Shown here: one piece after another, positions 7,242 to 17,886 of the stretch | Layout: every line of letters starts with the position of its first letter | How positions within the stretch are numbered: the first letter of the stretch is position 1 | From: Prasinococcaceae sp. CCMP 1430 | Taxonomy: Eukaryota > Plantae > Prasinodermophyta | Direction: 5' to 3' | DNA: 18,009 nucleotides | Assembly: GCA_013416795.1 (NCBI GenBank) | Contig: RQSC01000062.1 | Span: 166,754-184,762 of the forward strand | Notes under the pieces: generated by a model | The model's database searches: none | What the model was told of the DNA's origin: nothing | Seen by the model: the letters and a program-made list of their open reading frames with translations, nothing else | Made by a program: the position numbers and the translations under genes

Positions 7242-8696
7242 GGGCCGGCTCGCCGCGCGCGGCCGCGGCCGCGGCGCGACGTGTCGGTGGCGATGAGCGA
7301 CACGCCGGCAGACGACTGCAAGACGGAGCTGCTGCGGTTCGAGCGCGACTGGAAGCTCGACAAGACGCTGCGCGCGGTGCGCGACCTGGTCGAAGAGGAC
7401 GACGAGCGCGAGCGCGGGTCGGTGCGCCTTCCGGGCAACCTGGAGGTCTCGCGCCACGTGCAGCTGCAGGCGAAGCGGCACTGGCAGCGCCCGTTCAAAG
7501 GGGACGCCGACATGGACGAGCTCGAGACGCGCGCGCGCGAGGTGCAGACGCTTCTCGAGGAGTACCAGCGGCTGCCGCTCGAGGCGATGGATGCGGCGGA
7601 CAAGGTGTACGAAGATCTCATCGGCGTGCGCCCGAGCGACCTCATGCACGACCGCCGCGTGTTCGACTTCGAGCGTCGCCCCGAGCGCGGCACGCTCGAG
7701 CGCGAGCGCGCGGACCTCGAGGCGCGCCAGCGCATCGCCTCGTTCGGCGGGTACGGCGAGAGCGTGTGGTCGCCCGACAAGTGGGACCCCAACGACTCGT
7801 TGCTGAGGGAGGTGTGGAACGACCTGCCCAAGATCGACTGGTCCGAGGAGGGCCGCCAGAATGACGAGTTCCAGAGGGGCTACCTGCCCCCCGACTACTT
7901 CAGCACCAACATCGACTACGAGGCGCTGCCGCTGCAGGAGCGCTGCCAGATGGCGTGGGCGAAGATGAACTACGCGCGGCGGCGGCTGGCCGCCGCGAAC
8001 GAGCTACTGGAGGTCATGAAGGACATCGAGGAGCCCGAGCGCCGGTGGAAGCCATACGTGACCGACCTCACGCAGGACATTCGCGTCAAGGAGCTGCCGC
8101 TGTACGACAATGAGCAGCCGGACGCGCGCACCATGAGCGAGGAGGACGTTCTGGAGATTATCCAGCCGTCCTACATCCCCGAGGGCCCTCGCGGCGTGCG
8201 CGGTCTCACGCTTGAGACGGGCGGGCCCTCGGTGCGCTACCACGGCAACTTCGTTGTGCCATTCGAGGAGGAATTCGAGTACGAGCCCACCGTCGACGAG
8301 TGGTACGTGGCGTCGGGCAACATGATGGAGGACCACGCGATTGCGTCGCACTTCAAGAGCCTCGCGGCGACACTCACCAGCACTGAGCACCGCCAGGCAG
8401 CCAAGGAGGAGCTGGACGCGCTCATGGAGCGCACGGCGCACCTCGGCGACGACCCCGACGCCATTGATCCGGCGGGCGCGGACGACTTCGGGTACAAGCC
8501 CGAGGCCAAGAGCACGAAGGACGCTCCCACTGCGGGAGGTGGCAAGCGCGGCAGGCCCAAGAAGTCGGGTAGCAAGCCAGCTCCCAAGCGCGGCGACGAG
8601 TTCTTTGACGACGCCTTCGCGGGGCTCGAGGAGAACCTGAAGGCGGCGGCGGACGACGCCATCGACATCGGCGATTCTGTCGACGACGGCCCGTGA
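7242..8696 (+). CDS. Hypothetical acidic protein (~470-485 aa) with a C-terminal AT-hook-like motif; 5' end may be lost in the gap (first ATG at 7293)
   Basis: Open frame from the gap edge to TGA 8694-8696 with strong GC3 codon bias like the neighbouring genes. KRGRPKK at 8544-8564. Upstream residues GPARRARPRPRRDVSVA resemble the end of an organellar targeting peptide. AATAAA at 8775-8780. No family recognised. Confidence 0.8.
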   Translation, partial: GPARRARPRPRRDVSVAMSDTPADDCKTELLRFERDWKLDKTLRAVRDLVEEDDERERGSVRLPGNLEVSRHVQLQAKRHWQRPFKGDADMDELETRAREVQTLLEEYQRLPLEAMDAADKVYEDLIGVRPSDLMHDRRVFDFERRPERGTLERERADLEARQRIASFGGYGESVWSPDKWDPNDSLLREVWNDLPKIDWSEEGRQNDEFQRGYLPPDYFSTNIDYEALPLQERCQMAWAKMNYARRRLAAANELLEVMKDIEEPERRWKPYVTDLTQDIRVKELPLYDNEQPDARTMSEEDVLEIIQPSYIPEGPRGVRGLTLETGGPSVRYHGNFVVPFEEEFEYEPTVDEWYVASGNMMEDHAIASHFKSLAATLTSTEHRQAAKEELDALMERTAHLGDDPDAIDPAGADDFGYKPEAKSTKDAPTAGGGKRGRPKKSGSKPAPKRGDEFFDDAFAGLEENLKAAADDAIDIGDSVDDGP

Positions 8697-8983
8697 CAGT
8701 GCGCCATCGGCGCGGCATTGACACGAGCGAACACATCGATGCATGCAGTCGATCGCAGCGCGGACGCTGTGCATAATAAATGCCCTGTGATTATGACGCT
8801 GCTTCGCATTCGCGCGCATCCGAGCCGGCTGGTGCTCGATCGATCGATGGTGTGCCCGCCCCCGCGCTCGCATCGGGCCACGGGCGCGCACCAATCCCCT
8901 CTGCGGCGCGGTAGTCCGGGAGCGCATGCCGAGACAATTCTCTAGAGATTTTCGAGGGGCGATCGACCCCTACCTCCGCCCGC

Positions 8984-10048
8984 TCACTTCGCCGCGTTCT
9001 TCTGCATGTCCTTGTATTTTTGGTACTGGTACACAAACACGCCCGAGCAACAGAAGAGATAGCCGAACAGGTTGAGCGGCGTGAGCGGCGCCTTGAAGAC
9101 GAAGTAGCTGAAGAAGATGAGCATCCAGTCCTTGATGACGCCCGCGATGTTCATGGTGAGCGCGCTGGTTTTGCCGATGAGCAGGAAGACCGCGATATTG
9201 AGAGCGAAGGCCGCCAGGCCGTTGAGCAGCAGCACGTGCGGGCGGATGTCGAGCGTGTCGGCCGCGACGACTGTGCTGACGTCCTCGTACTCGACGAAGT
9301 AGAACGGCACCATGAGCGCGCAAAAGCACGCCGGGCAGATGTAGTACAGCGACTGCAGCGGGTCCATCTTCATGCCCTTGCGGTTGATGAGGATCTCGAT
9401 CATGGCCAGCCGGGTCGCCTCGAAGCCCAACGCCGTCAGCTGCTTGGCTAGGCCCTCCAACACCAGGTTCTCCTCGCCAAGGCCGCACACGATCACTCCG
9501 AATGCGATGAGCAGCATGTTGGCCGCGACGCTCCACCTGAAGGTGGCATTGCCCAGCAGCACGCCCGAGATGTACACAAGGCCCGGCATGAGGCTCTTGG
9601 TCATCTGGATGAAGCTCACACTCAGGAAGATGTAGCTCGCGTTTGACATCCACAGCGACGCAGCGTACAGCACGCCGATGGGCACCACGCGGCGCACGTA
9701 GTCCTCGCGCGACATGTTGTGCGACTTCGACACCTTGAGCACACGCACGCACACGAAGCCCACGCACGAACAGAACGCCATGTGCCAGCCCGTGAGGGTG
9801 ATCGGGAAGTGGAACTTTGTGTACGCCAGGAGCCACTTGTTGAACACGATCACGCTGATGGAGCACGCCATCCAGACAAGGACGTAGAAGTACGCGCGCA
9901 CGCCCGCCTGGATGATCTGCGCGCGGGAGAGCTTTTGGTCCTTCTTCGCATCTGCCTTTGCCGCTGGCGCGGCCGCCTCGGCCTTTGCCGCGAGCTCGGC
10001 CGCCTCGGCGGGCGCACCCACGAGGGGGGCCTTCTCGGACTCGCCCAT
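8984..10048 (-). CDS. Nucleotide-sugar transporter / triose-phosphate translocator family (SLC35/TPT) multi-pass membrane protein, 354 aa, single exon
   Basis: About 10 hydrophobic segments with family motifs VIVFNKWLL..FHFPITLT..HM, SNASYIFLSVSFIQMTKSLMP and FLLIGKTSALTMNIAGVIKDW. ATG 10048, TGA 8986-8984. Confidence 0.9.
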   Translation of the reverse strand: MGESEKAPLVGAPAEAAELAAKAEAAAPAAKADAKKDQKLSRAQIIQAGVRAYFYVLVWMACSISVIVFNKWLLAYTKFHFPITLTGWHMAFCSCVGFVCVRVLKVSKSHNMSREDYVRRVVPIGVLYAASLWMSNASYIFLSVSFIQMTKSLMPGLVYISGVLLGNATFRWSVAANMLLIAFGVIVCGLGEENLVLEGLAKQLTALGFEATRLAMIEILINRKGMKMDPLQSLYYICPACFCALMVPFYFVEYEDVSTVVAADTLDIRPHVLLLNGLAAFALNIAVFLLIGKTSALTMNIAGVIKDWMLIFFSYFVFKAPLTPLNLFGYLFCCSGVFVYQYQKYKDMQKNAAK

Positions 10049-10960
10049 GGCTCTGCGCGCCCCCCGCGCGCCGCGCCCCCACCCTCCTCCCCGCCCCGCG
10101 CGCCCCTCGCCGCTCGCCGCGCCCTGCCCCGCGCGCCCGCGCGCGCTCTATGGCCGCGCCGCAGGAATATCTCCTTGCGGTTCTCGCCGGCGCCAGCCTG
10201 CCCCCATGGCACGGACGGCCCGACGCGATCGATGGCGATTGCGTCCCTCACCCGGCCACATCCGGCCAGGCGCTCCGCTCCGCGCACCCCGCTCCTCATT
10301 CCGGAACGCACGCGCGCCGCAACGCAACCACAACCGCTTCGCGCCAGGCCGCGGATCCGGCGTTCGACGGACGCGGCGACGACAGCGACACGCGCTGCCC
10401 CGCGCGCCGCTCCGGCCACGTCGAAATGCATTATTGATTGAAGCCATGGCCAATTGATTGAAGGTGATTGGGTGTCGACGGCGCGCGCGCGCTTCGCCAT
10501 CCATCGCCAGCCAGTCCCAGCCACGGCTGCTGGGCAGCCCTCATTTTGATTCTTCGATTTTCGATGAATTTCGAATGCTCGGCCTGAGTTTGTAAGGCAA
10601 TTGAAATGTCACCGGCGCCATTTTTTTTTTGCCTGAGGGCGCGACCGATCGGCGGTATGATGGCGTGGCCGCGCGCGGTGGCGCCCACCGCTCGTTCGGG
10701 TCGGGCGTCGGCGACGCGTTGGGAATGACCTCCGCAGCCGCCTTTTCTCCCATTGGCAGCGCGATTTGGGGTTTATTTGGTCGCGCGGGCGGCGCGGGCG
10801 GAGGCATGTCCGTGTCTTTCGATATCAAAAACGCGTGGTATCCTCGCGCTTACAAACCCTTTGTTTTTGGTGGTCGGTGGGGCGCGCGAGCCCGCGAGAG
10901 CGCTCTCGTGGGTCCGCCGCCACAGCGCCCGCGCAGAGCGCAGCTTGCCGGACCGCCGCA

Positions 10961-12036
10961 ATGGCCTCCCTGAGCATGAGCCTGTCGGCGACCTCCCTCG
11001 GCAGCAAGGCCGCCGCCGCCGCGCGCCCCGTCGCCGCGCCTGCCGCGCGCGCCGGCGCCGCGCCGCTGGCCAACACGCGCCTGGTCACCGAGGCCAAGAA
11101 CCCGAAGCTCAAGACGAACAAGGTGCGTGGCGGCGGCCGGGGCGGCCGGGGCGGTGGCGGCGGCGCGCGTACGCAGGGGCGCGCGATGGGCAGCGGAACA
11201 TTGGGTGCACACGTGCCCGTGCGAGGAGGAGAGCCCGGCTGGGGGTGTGCTCGCTCGCCCGCCCGTGGGCGCTGGGGTGCGCCGCAGCGCAGCCCCCGCG
11301 AGGGTTTCGGGGGTGCGACCCGCACATATGTTTCGCATGCTGCTTGGTAGCGCTGCCTGTGAAGAGCGCCCACGCGAGCACGCCTTCGCCGCGGAGACCG
11401 CGCGGTCGGCGGTGCGAGCGCTCGCGGCCGCGGGGCTCCGGTGGCTGCACGCATGCCCAGCGCCGCTCGGGAGCGCAGGGAGGGAGGCGCTCAGCCGCTG
11501 GCGAGCGGAGCGCGCTGCGGCGCCTGCCAATGTGGGAGCTCGTCTGGCGCGGCGCTCGCTGTCGGCACCGCGCTCGCTGTCGGTGCCCATCGCGCAGTGC
11601 GCCTGCGCTGACAACGTGGCACGCCGGACCGCGTCCCCGACACACCACCACGACCGGTTCGGCTGCGCCCGCAGTCGGCGGCCAAGCGCTTCCGCGCGAC
11701 GGGCACGGGCAAGATCATGCGCAGGTGTGCTGGCAAGGCGCACATCAACGAGCACAAGTCCGCCGCGCAGCTGAAGCGCCTTTCGACCAAGAAGGTCGTC
11801 AAGGACACCGAGTGGGACAACATCTCGGGCATGATGGTGCGCACGCCGCGCCACGCGCGCGACGCGTCCACGCGCGCGACGCAGCCAGCCCATCGCGCGC
11901 GACATGCTGTGTGCCACTGGAGGGCTGCGCGCCTGCGCTCCCCATCCCCGACGCCGCTGACACTGCCGTGTCCGCGCACCACACTTGCTCTGCGCAGCCG
12001 TACCTCAAGCTCAACCGCCACTCGAACGCGAAGTAA
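10961..12036 (+). CDS. rpl35: Plastid 50S ribosomal protein L35 (bL35c), nuclear-encoded; exons 10961-11122, 11675-11836, 11998-12036 (120 aa)
   Basis: The joined product is the transit peptide MASLSMSLSATSLGSKAAAAARPVAAPAARAG... plus [30 protein letters not shown]...NISGMMPYLK. Donors GTGCGT (11123) and GTGCGC (11837), CAG acceptors at 11674 and 11997, GCTGAC branch sites at 11607 and 11956. Confidence 0.93.
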
Positions 12037-12173
12037 GCTGTAGGGCGAGTCTATTTGTATCGCGGGCGTAAATAAGACGATTGTCATCACCATCGGCGGC
12101 GAGCAGACGCTGTCCCTTTTTCGCACACGCATTGGCGGTCGGCCGCTCTGCCCCACATGTCCTGTTTGCGAGC

Positions 12174-12178
12174 TTACA
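12174..12178 (-). promoter_or_regulatory. TGTAA polyadenylation-signal candidate for the GT61-like gene
   Basis: TTACA on the + strand, about 75 nt downstream of the TAG at 12253. Confidence 0.45.
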
Positions 12179-12252
12179 CGGTGGCATTACGAGGTTGTTC
12201 GAGCCTGGCTAGTACTAGTTGAGATTATGCGCTCGCGCTCGCCGACACCAGA

Positions 12253-13989
12253 CTACAGCGCTGCCTCATCGTCGCCCTCCTCGTCCTCGTGGGGCGGCCA
12301 TGGGTGCTCCCACACGGGCTCGCCCGCCTGGATGCGCGGCAGCGTTTCATCGATCAGCGCCTTGAGCTCATCGAGGTCGACGGTGAAAGTGGTCTTGCTG
12401 TGCACGCCGATGCAGGCCTGCGTGACGCACTCGGAGGCCGTCCAATTGGCGAACTGCTCGCGCTTTCGCGGGTCGGGGAAGGTCACCTGGGACTCCTTCG
12501 TCGCGCGCCACGCGAAGTGGTGGATGTCGGCCGAGCCACGCGTCAAGTTCCAGTGCATCCGGTCGATGCCGTTCCACCTGCGAGCGCGCAGTAACGAGAG
12601 CGTAGGCTCGCCCACTTTTGTCAGCGCGAGCGCGAGAGCCACGCAAGGCCAGGCAACGCGCCGCCATCAGCCTAGCGCATCAATCTGTGGCGCGGACGCT
12701 CGCGCAGCACGGCAGCAGCGCGGCACTCACGTCCATCGGTACGGAAGGAGCTCGTATACCACGCCCCCAGGAGGCAGTAGCACCGCGTTAGTAAGGCTCG
12801 CACCCGTGATGGAAACGAGCACGCCAACGACGGCAATGGTGCGCACCACAAGGTCGAATGTCATTGAGATGCCCATGTCCATTTTGTAGACAGTGCGGTT
12901 GTACCCCTCAAGCATTTCAAGCAACTCGATCTCGTTCTCGACGCGCGTGTTGTTGTCCGGGCCGAGATAAAGGATGGGTGTAGCGGCCGCCACGTACGGC
13001 TCGAGGCGCGATGCACGATACGCGTCGTCGCGAAATGCGCGCGCGTCCGCAACCGACGCGAAACCACGGGCGCCCGTCGCTGGGTGGCGTTGATCTCGCG
13101 TGCTCAGCAGGTACTCGAAGCGCACCCACGCGCCGTCCTGGCCGAGCGGCTGCAACTCATCCCAGAACACCAGGGGGACATCGGCGCCGCCGGGAACAGC
13201 CGCTAGCGCCAGACGCAGGCTTTGTTCGTACCAGTCGATCCACGACCCCCTGCGGATGCCAACGAGCAGCACGCGCTCGATCGGGTAACCCTTCCACTCG
13301 TCGCTGCGCAGCGCCGAGTAGACCGGGAAGAACACCTCAGCCCAGTGCGCGACGTTGTGCGGAAACGCCGGGTAGGGCAGCTCGATGGCCAGCGTCACGC
13401 CGCTGAAGTAGCCCTTCTGGACCGCTTTGGCAACCTCCGCACTGCCGAGTGATGGGGGCGTTAGATGGCGCGCATGAGCCGCCATGCGTGTCAGCGCGCA
13501 CAGTGAGAGGTGCGGCGCGCACGCAGCGCGGCTCGGCGGCGCACGGCAGGTTGCGCGCGTCACGCCACTCGCATCGCGCAGCGCGCGGTGCCCCTCGCAG
13601 CACGCGCACCTGGCGCCCTCGGCGAGCTTCTGATCGGGCATGAGCAAGTTCGAGATGTGCGCGGCCGCGTTCTTGACAGGCAGCGCGGTCATGGTTATCG
13701 ACTTGGTGACCTTGCGCGCGTTGTTCTCGCGCCACGCGGTCTGCACGGCAGCTGTCGTACCGCCCGGCGCGGCCTCGAGCACCGCCCACGCACGATCGGC
13801 GTGCATCCACACGTTGCTCGCCATGCAGAAGAGCGCAGCGTCCGGGTCGTCGCCTGCGTTGCCGCCGCGCTCCTGGCATCGCGCAGACGTCGTGACCCCC
13901 GTGCCCTTGCCGCCGGCTGCGGCCGCGCACAGCGCACACAGCAGTGTGACCAGCAGCGCGGGCGCGCGGCGCAGGGCCGCGCGCGCCAT
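12253..13989 (-). CDS. Secretory-pathway glycosyltransferase family 61 (DUF563)-like protein; exons 13989-13610, 13441-12731, 12577-12253 (471 aa)
   Basis: N-terminal signal/anchor MARAALRRAPALLVTLLCALCAAAAG. GT61-like segments PHNVAHWAEVFFPVY, RVENEIELLEML and VLVSITGASLTNAVLLPPGGVVYELLPY, then W...HWNL...HHFAW. Both introns are GT-AG with GCTGAC branch sites and restore the frame. Confidence 0.72.
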
Positions 13990-14020
13990 GATCAGTCTCC
14001 CACCAGAGATCCAGTGAAAT

Positions 14021-14053
<33 letters not shown>
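14021..14053 (+). repeat. G33 homopolymer
   Basis: 33 consecutive G, starting 32 nt upstream of the GT61-like ATG (reads as C33 on the sense strand). Confidence 0.9.
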
Positions 14054-14193
14054 CGCGGGTCGGACCTGCCCGCGCGGTGTGCCGCCCGCGGCCGCGCAGG
14101 CCGCCAGCCTCTCTCTCTCAGCCGCACGCGGGGACGGAATCGAATCGGAGCCCTTGGCCGAAACAACGCATCGAAATGAAATGCGGTGCGCGT

Positions 14194-14229
14194 AAAAAAA
14201 AAACGCACGCGAAAAAAAAAACGCACGCG
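14194..14229 (+). repeat. Perfect 18-bp tandem duplication (A10-CGCACGCG) x2
   Basis: AAAAAAAAAACGCACGCG at 14194-14211 and again at 14212-14229. Confidence 0.9.
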
Positions 14230-14278
14230 ACTTGAGGACAGAGACTCATCAGGTGCCGAATTCGCTGCAGCATGTATT

Positions 14279-15807
<1,529 letters not shown>

Positions 15808-15872
15808 GGCTGCCGCGCGCCCCGCGAGGGGCGGAGCCGCGTGCCGCCCGCGCGGCGCGTCCCCCGGCGCGC

Positions 15873-16137
15873 NNNNNNNNNNNNNNNNNNNNNNNNNNNN
15901 NNNNNNNNNNNNNNNNNNNNNNNNNNNNNNNNNNNNNNNNNNNNNNNNNNNNNNNNNNNNNNNNNNNNNNNNNNNNNNNNNNNNNNNNNNNNNNNNNNNN
16001 NNNNNNNNNNNNNNNNNNNNNNNNNNNNNNNNNNNNNNNNNNNNNNNNNNNNNNNNNNNNNNNNNNNNNNNNNNNNNNNNNNNNNNNNNNNNNNNNNNNN
16101 NNNNNNNNNNNNNNNNNNNNNNNNNNNNNNNNNNNNN
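15873..16137. other. Assembly gap (265 N)
   Basis: N run upstream of RUVBL1, followed by a poly-A/poly-G tract. Confidence 0.99.
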
Positions 16138-16655
16138 AAAAAAAAAAAAAAAAAGGGGGGGGCGCCAATGCGTTTTGATGTATTCATATCAAAATGAACT
16201 CGAGCGTGCCACACTGCCAGCTACGAGGAACCCGCCCGTAGCCGGCGCGGCGACACGAGTCGGAAAAAAAAAAGGCAACAACGCGGCGATGGATTCCATT
16301 GAATTCGCACATGAATTGGGATAATTCGATATGGATTCCTAATTGGAATTGTATTTGATATGTTGCGATTCCGCATGCGCGCGCGGGGCGCGCGGGGCGG
16401 CGTGCACGGAGCACACGCCGCAGCGGCGATGGCGTCGCGTTTTTGGCGCGGCCTGAGTCAGCGCGGGGTCCGTTTCGCGCGCGGCGCTCCGCGGTTTCGG
16501 GCGACGGCGGGGAAGCCGGGAAGAACTGGCGTTTGCGCGGTGCTGCGGATCCGGAAAGTCGCGCAGTTCCGGAAAGTCGGCCGTGGCGTGGCGGCTCGGC
16601 GCCGCCACGGCGCGCGCGCGCGCGCGCCGCGGTGGCGGGTCCCGCGCCGCACCAC

Positions 16656-17772
16656 ATGGCAATGGCGAGCGCGGCTGCGCCGCGCGTGGCGTACCAGGGC
16701 ATGCCTGGGGCGTACTCCGAACGCGCCGCGCAGCTCGCGTACCCGGACTGCGTGCCAACCCCGTGCGACCAGTTCGAGGGCGCGTTCGCATCGGTCGAGC
16801 AGTGGACGGCCGACCGCGCTGTGCTGCCGCTCGGTGCGTCGCGCGAGCGCGCGACGCGGCGACGCGCTGCGCGCGAAGCGAGCGCGCGGGCGACGGGCTC
16901 GCGCGCCCTGGGCCTGCACCTCCATCTCCCGCTGACCCTCGGTGGCCGACCTCCCTCCCTTCGCACCCATCTGCGCCCCTCCGCGCCCTCTGCCCCCCCC
17001 GGCAGAGAATTCGCTGGGCGGCTCCATCCACCGCAACTACGACCTGCTGATGCAGCACCGGCTGCATATCGTGGGCGAGGTGAGCCTGAAGGTGCATCAC
17101 TGCCTGCTGGCGCTGCCGGGGACGAAGATCGAGGACCTCAATCGCGTGGCGAGCCATCCGCAGGCGCTCGCGCAGTGCGAGGGGTACCTGGACGGTCTGG
17201 GCAACAAGGACCTCAAGCGCGAGGCCGTCTTCGACACGGCCGGGGCGGCGGCGGACATCGCCGAGCGGAATCTCGAGGGGAGCGCGGCCATCGCATCGCG
17301 GCACGCCGCGGAGATCTATGGGCTTGAAATTCTAGCCGAGGGCATCCAGGACGACCCCAGCAACGTGACGCGCTTCATGGCGCTCTCGCGGGATCCGCTC
17401 ACGCGCGACACGCTGGGCGGCGCGGGAAGCGACGACACGTCGAACGCAACGGTCGCCATGAAGACCTCGCTGGTCTTCTCGTTGGACGAGGGCCCCGGCA
17501 TGCTCTTTAAGGCGCTGTCCGTGTTCGCGCTGCGCGACATCGACATGACCAAGATCGAGTCGCGCCCCCTGCGCACCAACCCGCTGCGCGAGGTCGACGG
17601 CGTCCAGGGCGTGCCCGGCGGCTCGAGGTTCAACTACCTGTTCTACGTGGACATCCTCGCCGGCATGGACGAGGAGGCCGCGCAGAACGCGCTCCGGCAC
17701 CTGCAGGAGATCAGCCCGTTCCTGAGGGTGCTCGGCTCGTACCCGGCGCAGCCATTCAGGGCACAGGCATGA
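16656..17772 (+). CDS. ADT: Arogenate/prephenate dehydratase (PDT plus ACT domain); exons 16656-16833 and 17006-17772 (314 aa); start codon uncertain
   Basis: [13 protein letters not shown], spliced [90 protein letters not shown]. Donor G|GTGCGT at 16834, branch GCTGAC 16931, acceptor CAG|AG at 17005. Confidence 0.93.
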
Positions 17773-17826
17773 GTGGTGCCATCGCCATGACGACGCATCG
17801 CCATCGCATCGGATCGCCAGCCTTCT

Positions 17827-17831
17827 TGTAA
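17827..17831 (+). promoter_or_regulatory. TGTAA polyadenylation-signal candidate for ADT
   Basis: TGTAA 55 nt after the TGA at 17772. Confidence 0.5.
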
Positions 17832-17886
17832 ACCCTAGCTAGCGATATACCTGAAAGTACTCTTCAGGACCTGAACCCTAAACCCT
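17830..17886 (+). promoter_or_regulatory. Telo-box / plant-type telomere-repeat motifs
   Basis: AAACCCTA at 17830-17837 and AACCCTAAACCCT at 17874-17886. Confidence 0.4.

Noticed and set aside
5476-7296. 606-aa + strand ORF spanning the cyclophilin, tandem array and microsatellite
   Set aside because: It is antisense to a real gene and translates repeats and Ns (CVCVCV, SESES). No coding signature.
8700-8990. Extra 3' exon for the transporter (its stop lies in AA|GTGAGC, which looks like a donor)
   Set aside because: Unlike the cyclophilin case, no CTGAC/CTAAC branch site lies downstream on the minus strand, and the protein already looks complete.
11123-11674. Intronic snoRNA or introner element in the long rpl35 intron
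   Set aside because: There is no canonical RTGATGA C box or H/ACA structure, and the introns share no extended similarity. Only a 14-bp direct repeat (11552-11565, 11570-11583) and a 7-bp hairpin are present.
16429-16935. [13 protein letters not shown]... as a mitochondrial presequence for ADT
   Set aside because: It is in a different frame from the catalytic domain, with no supportable intron to join them.
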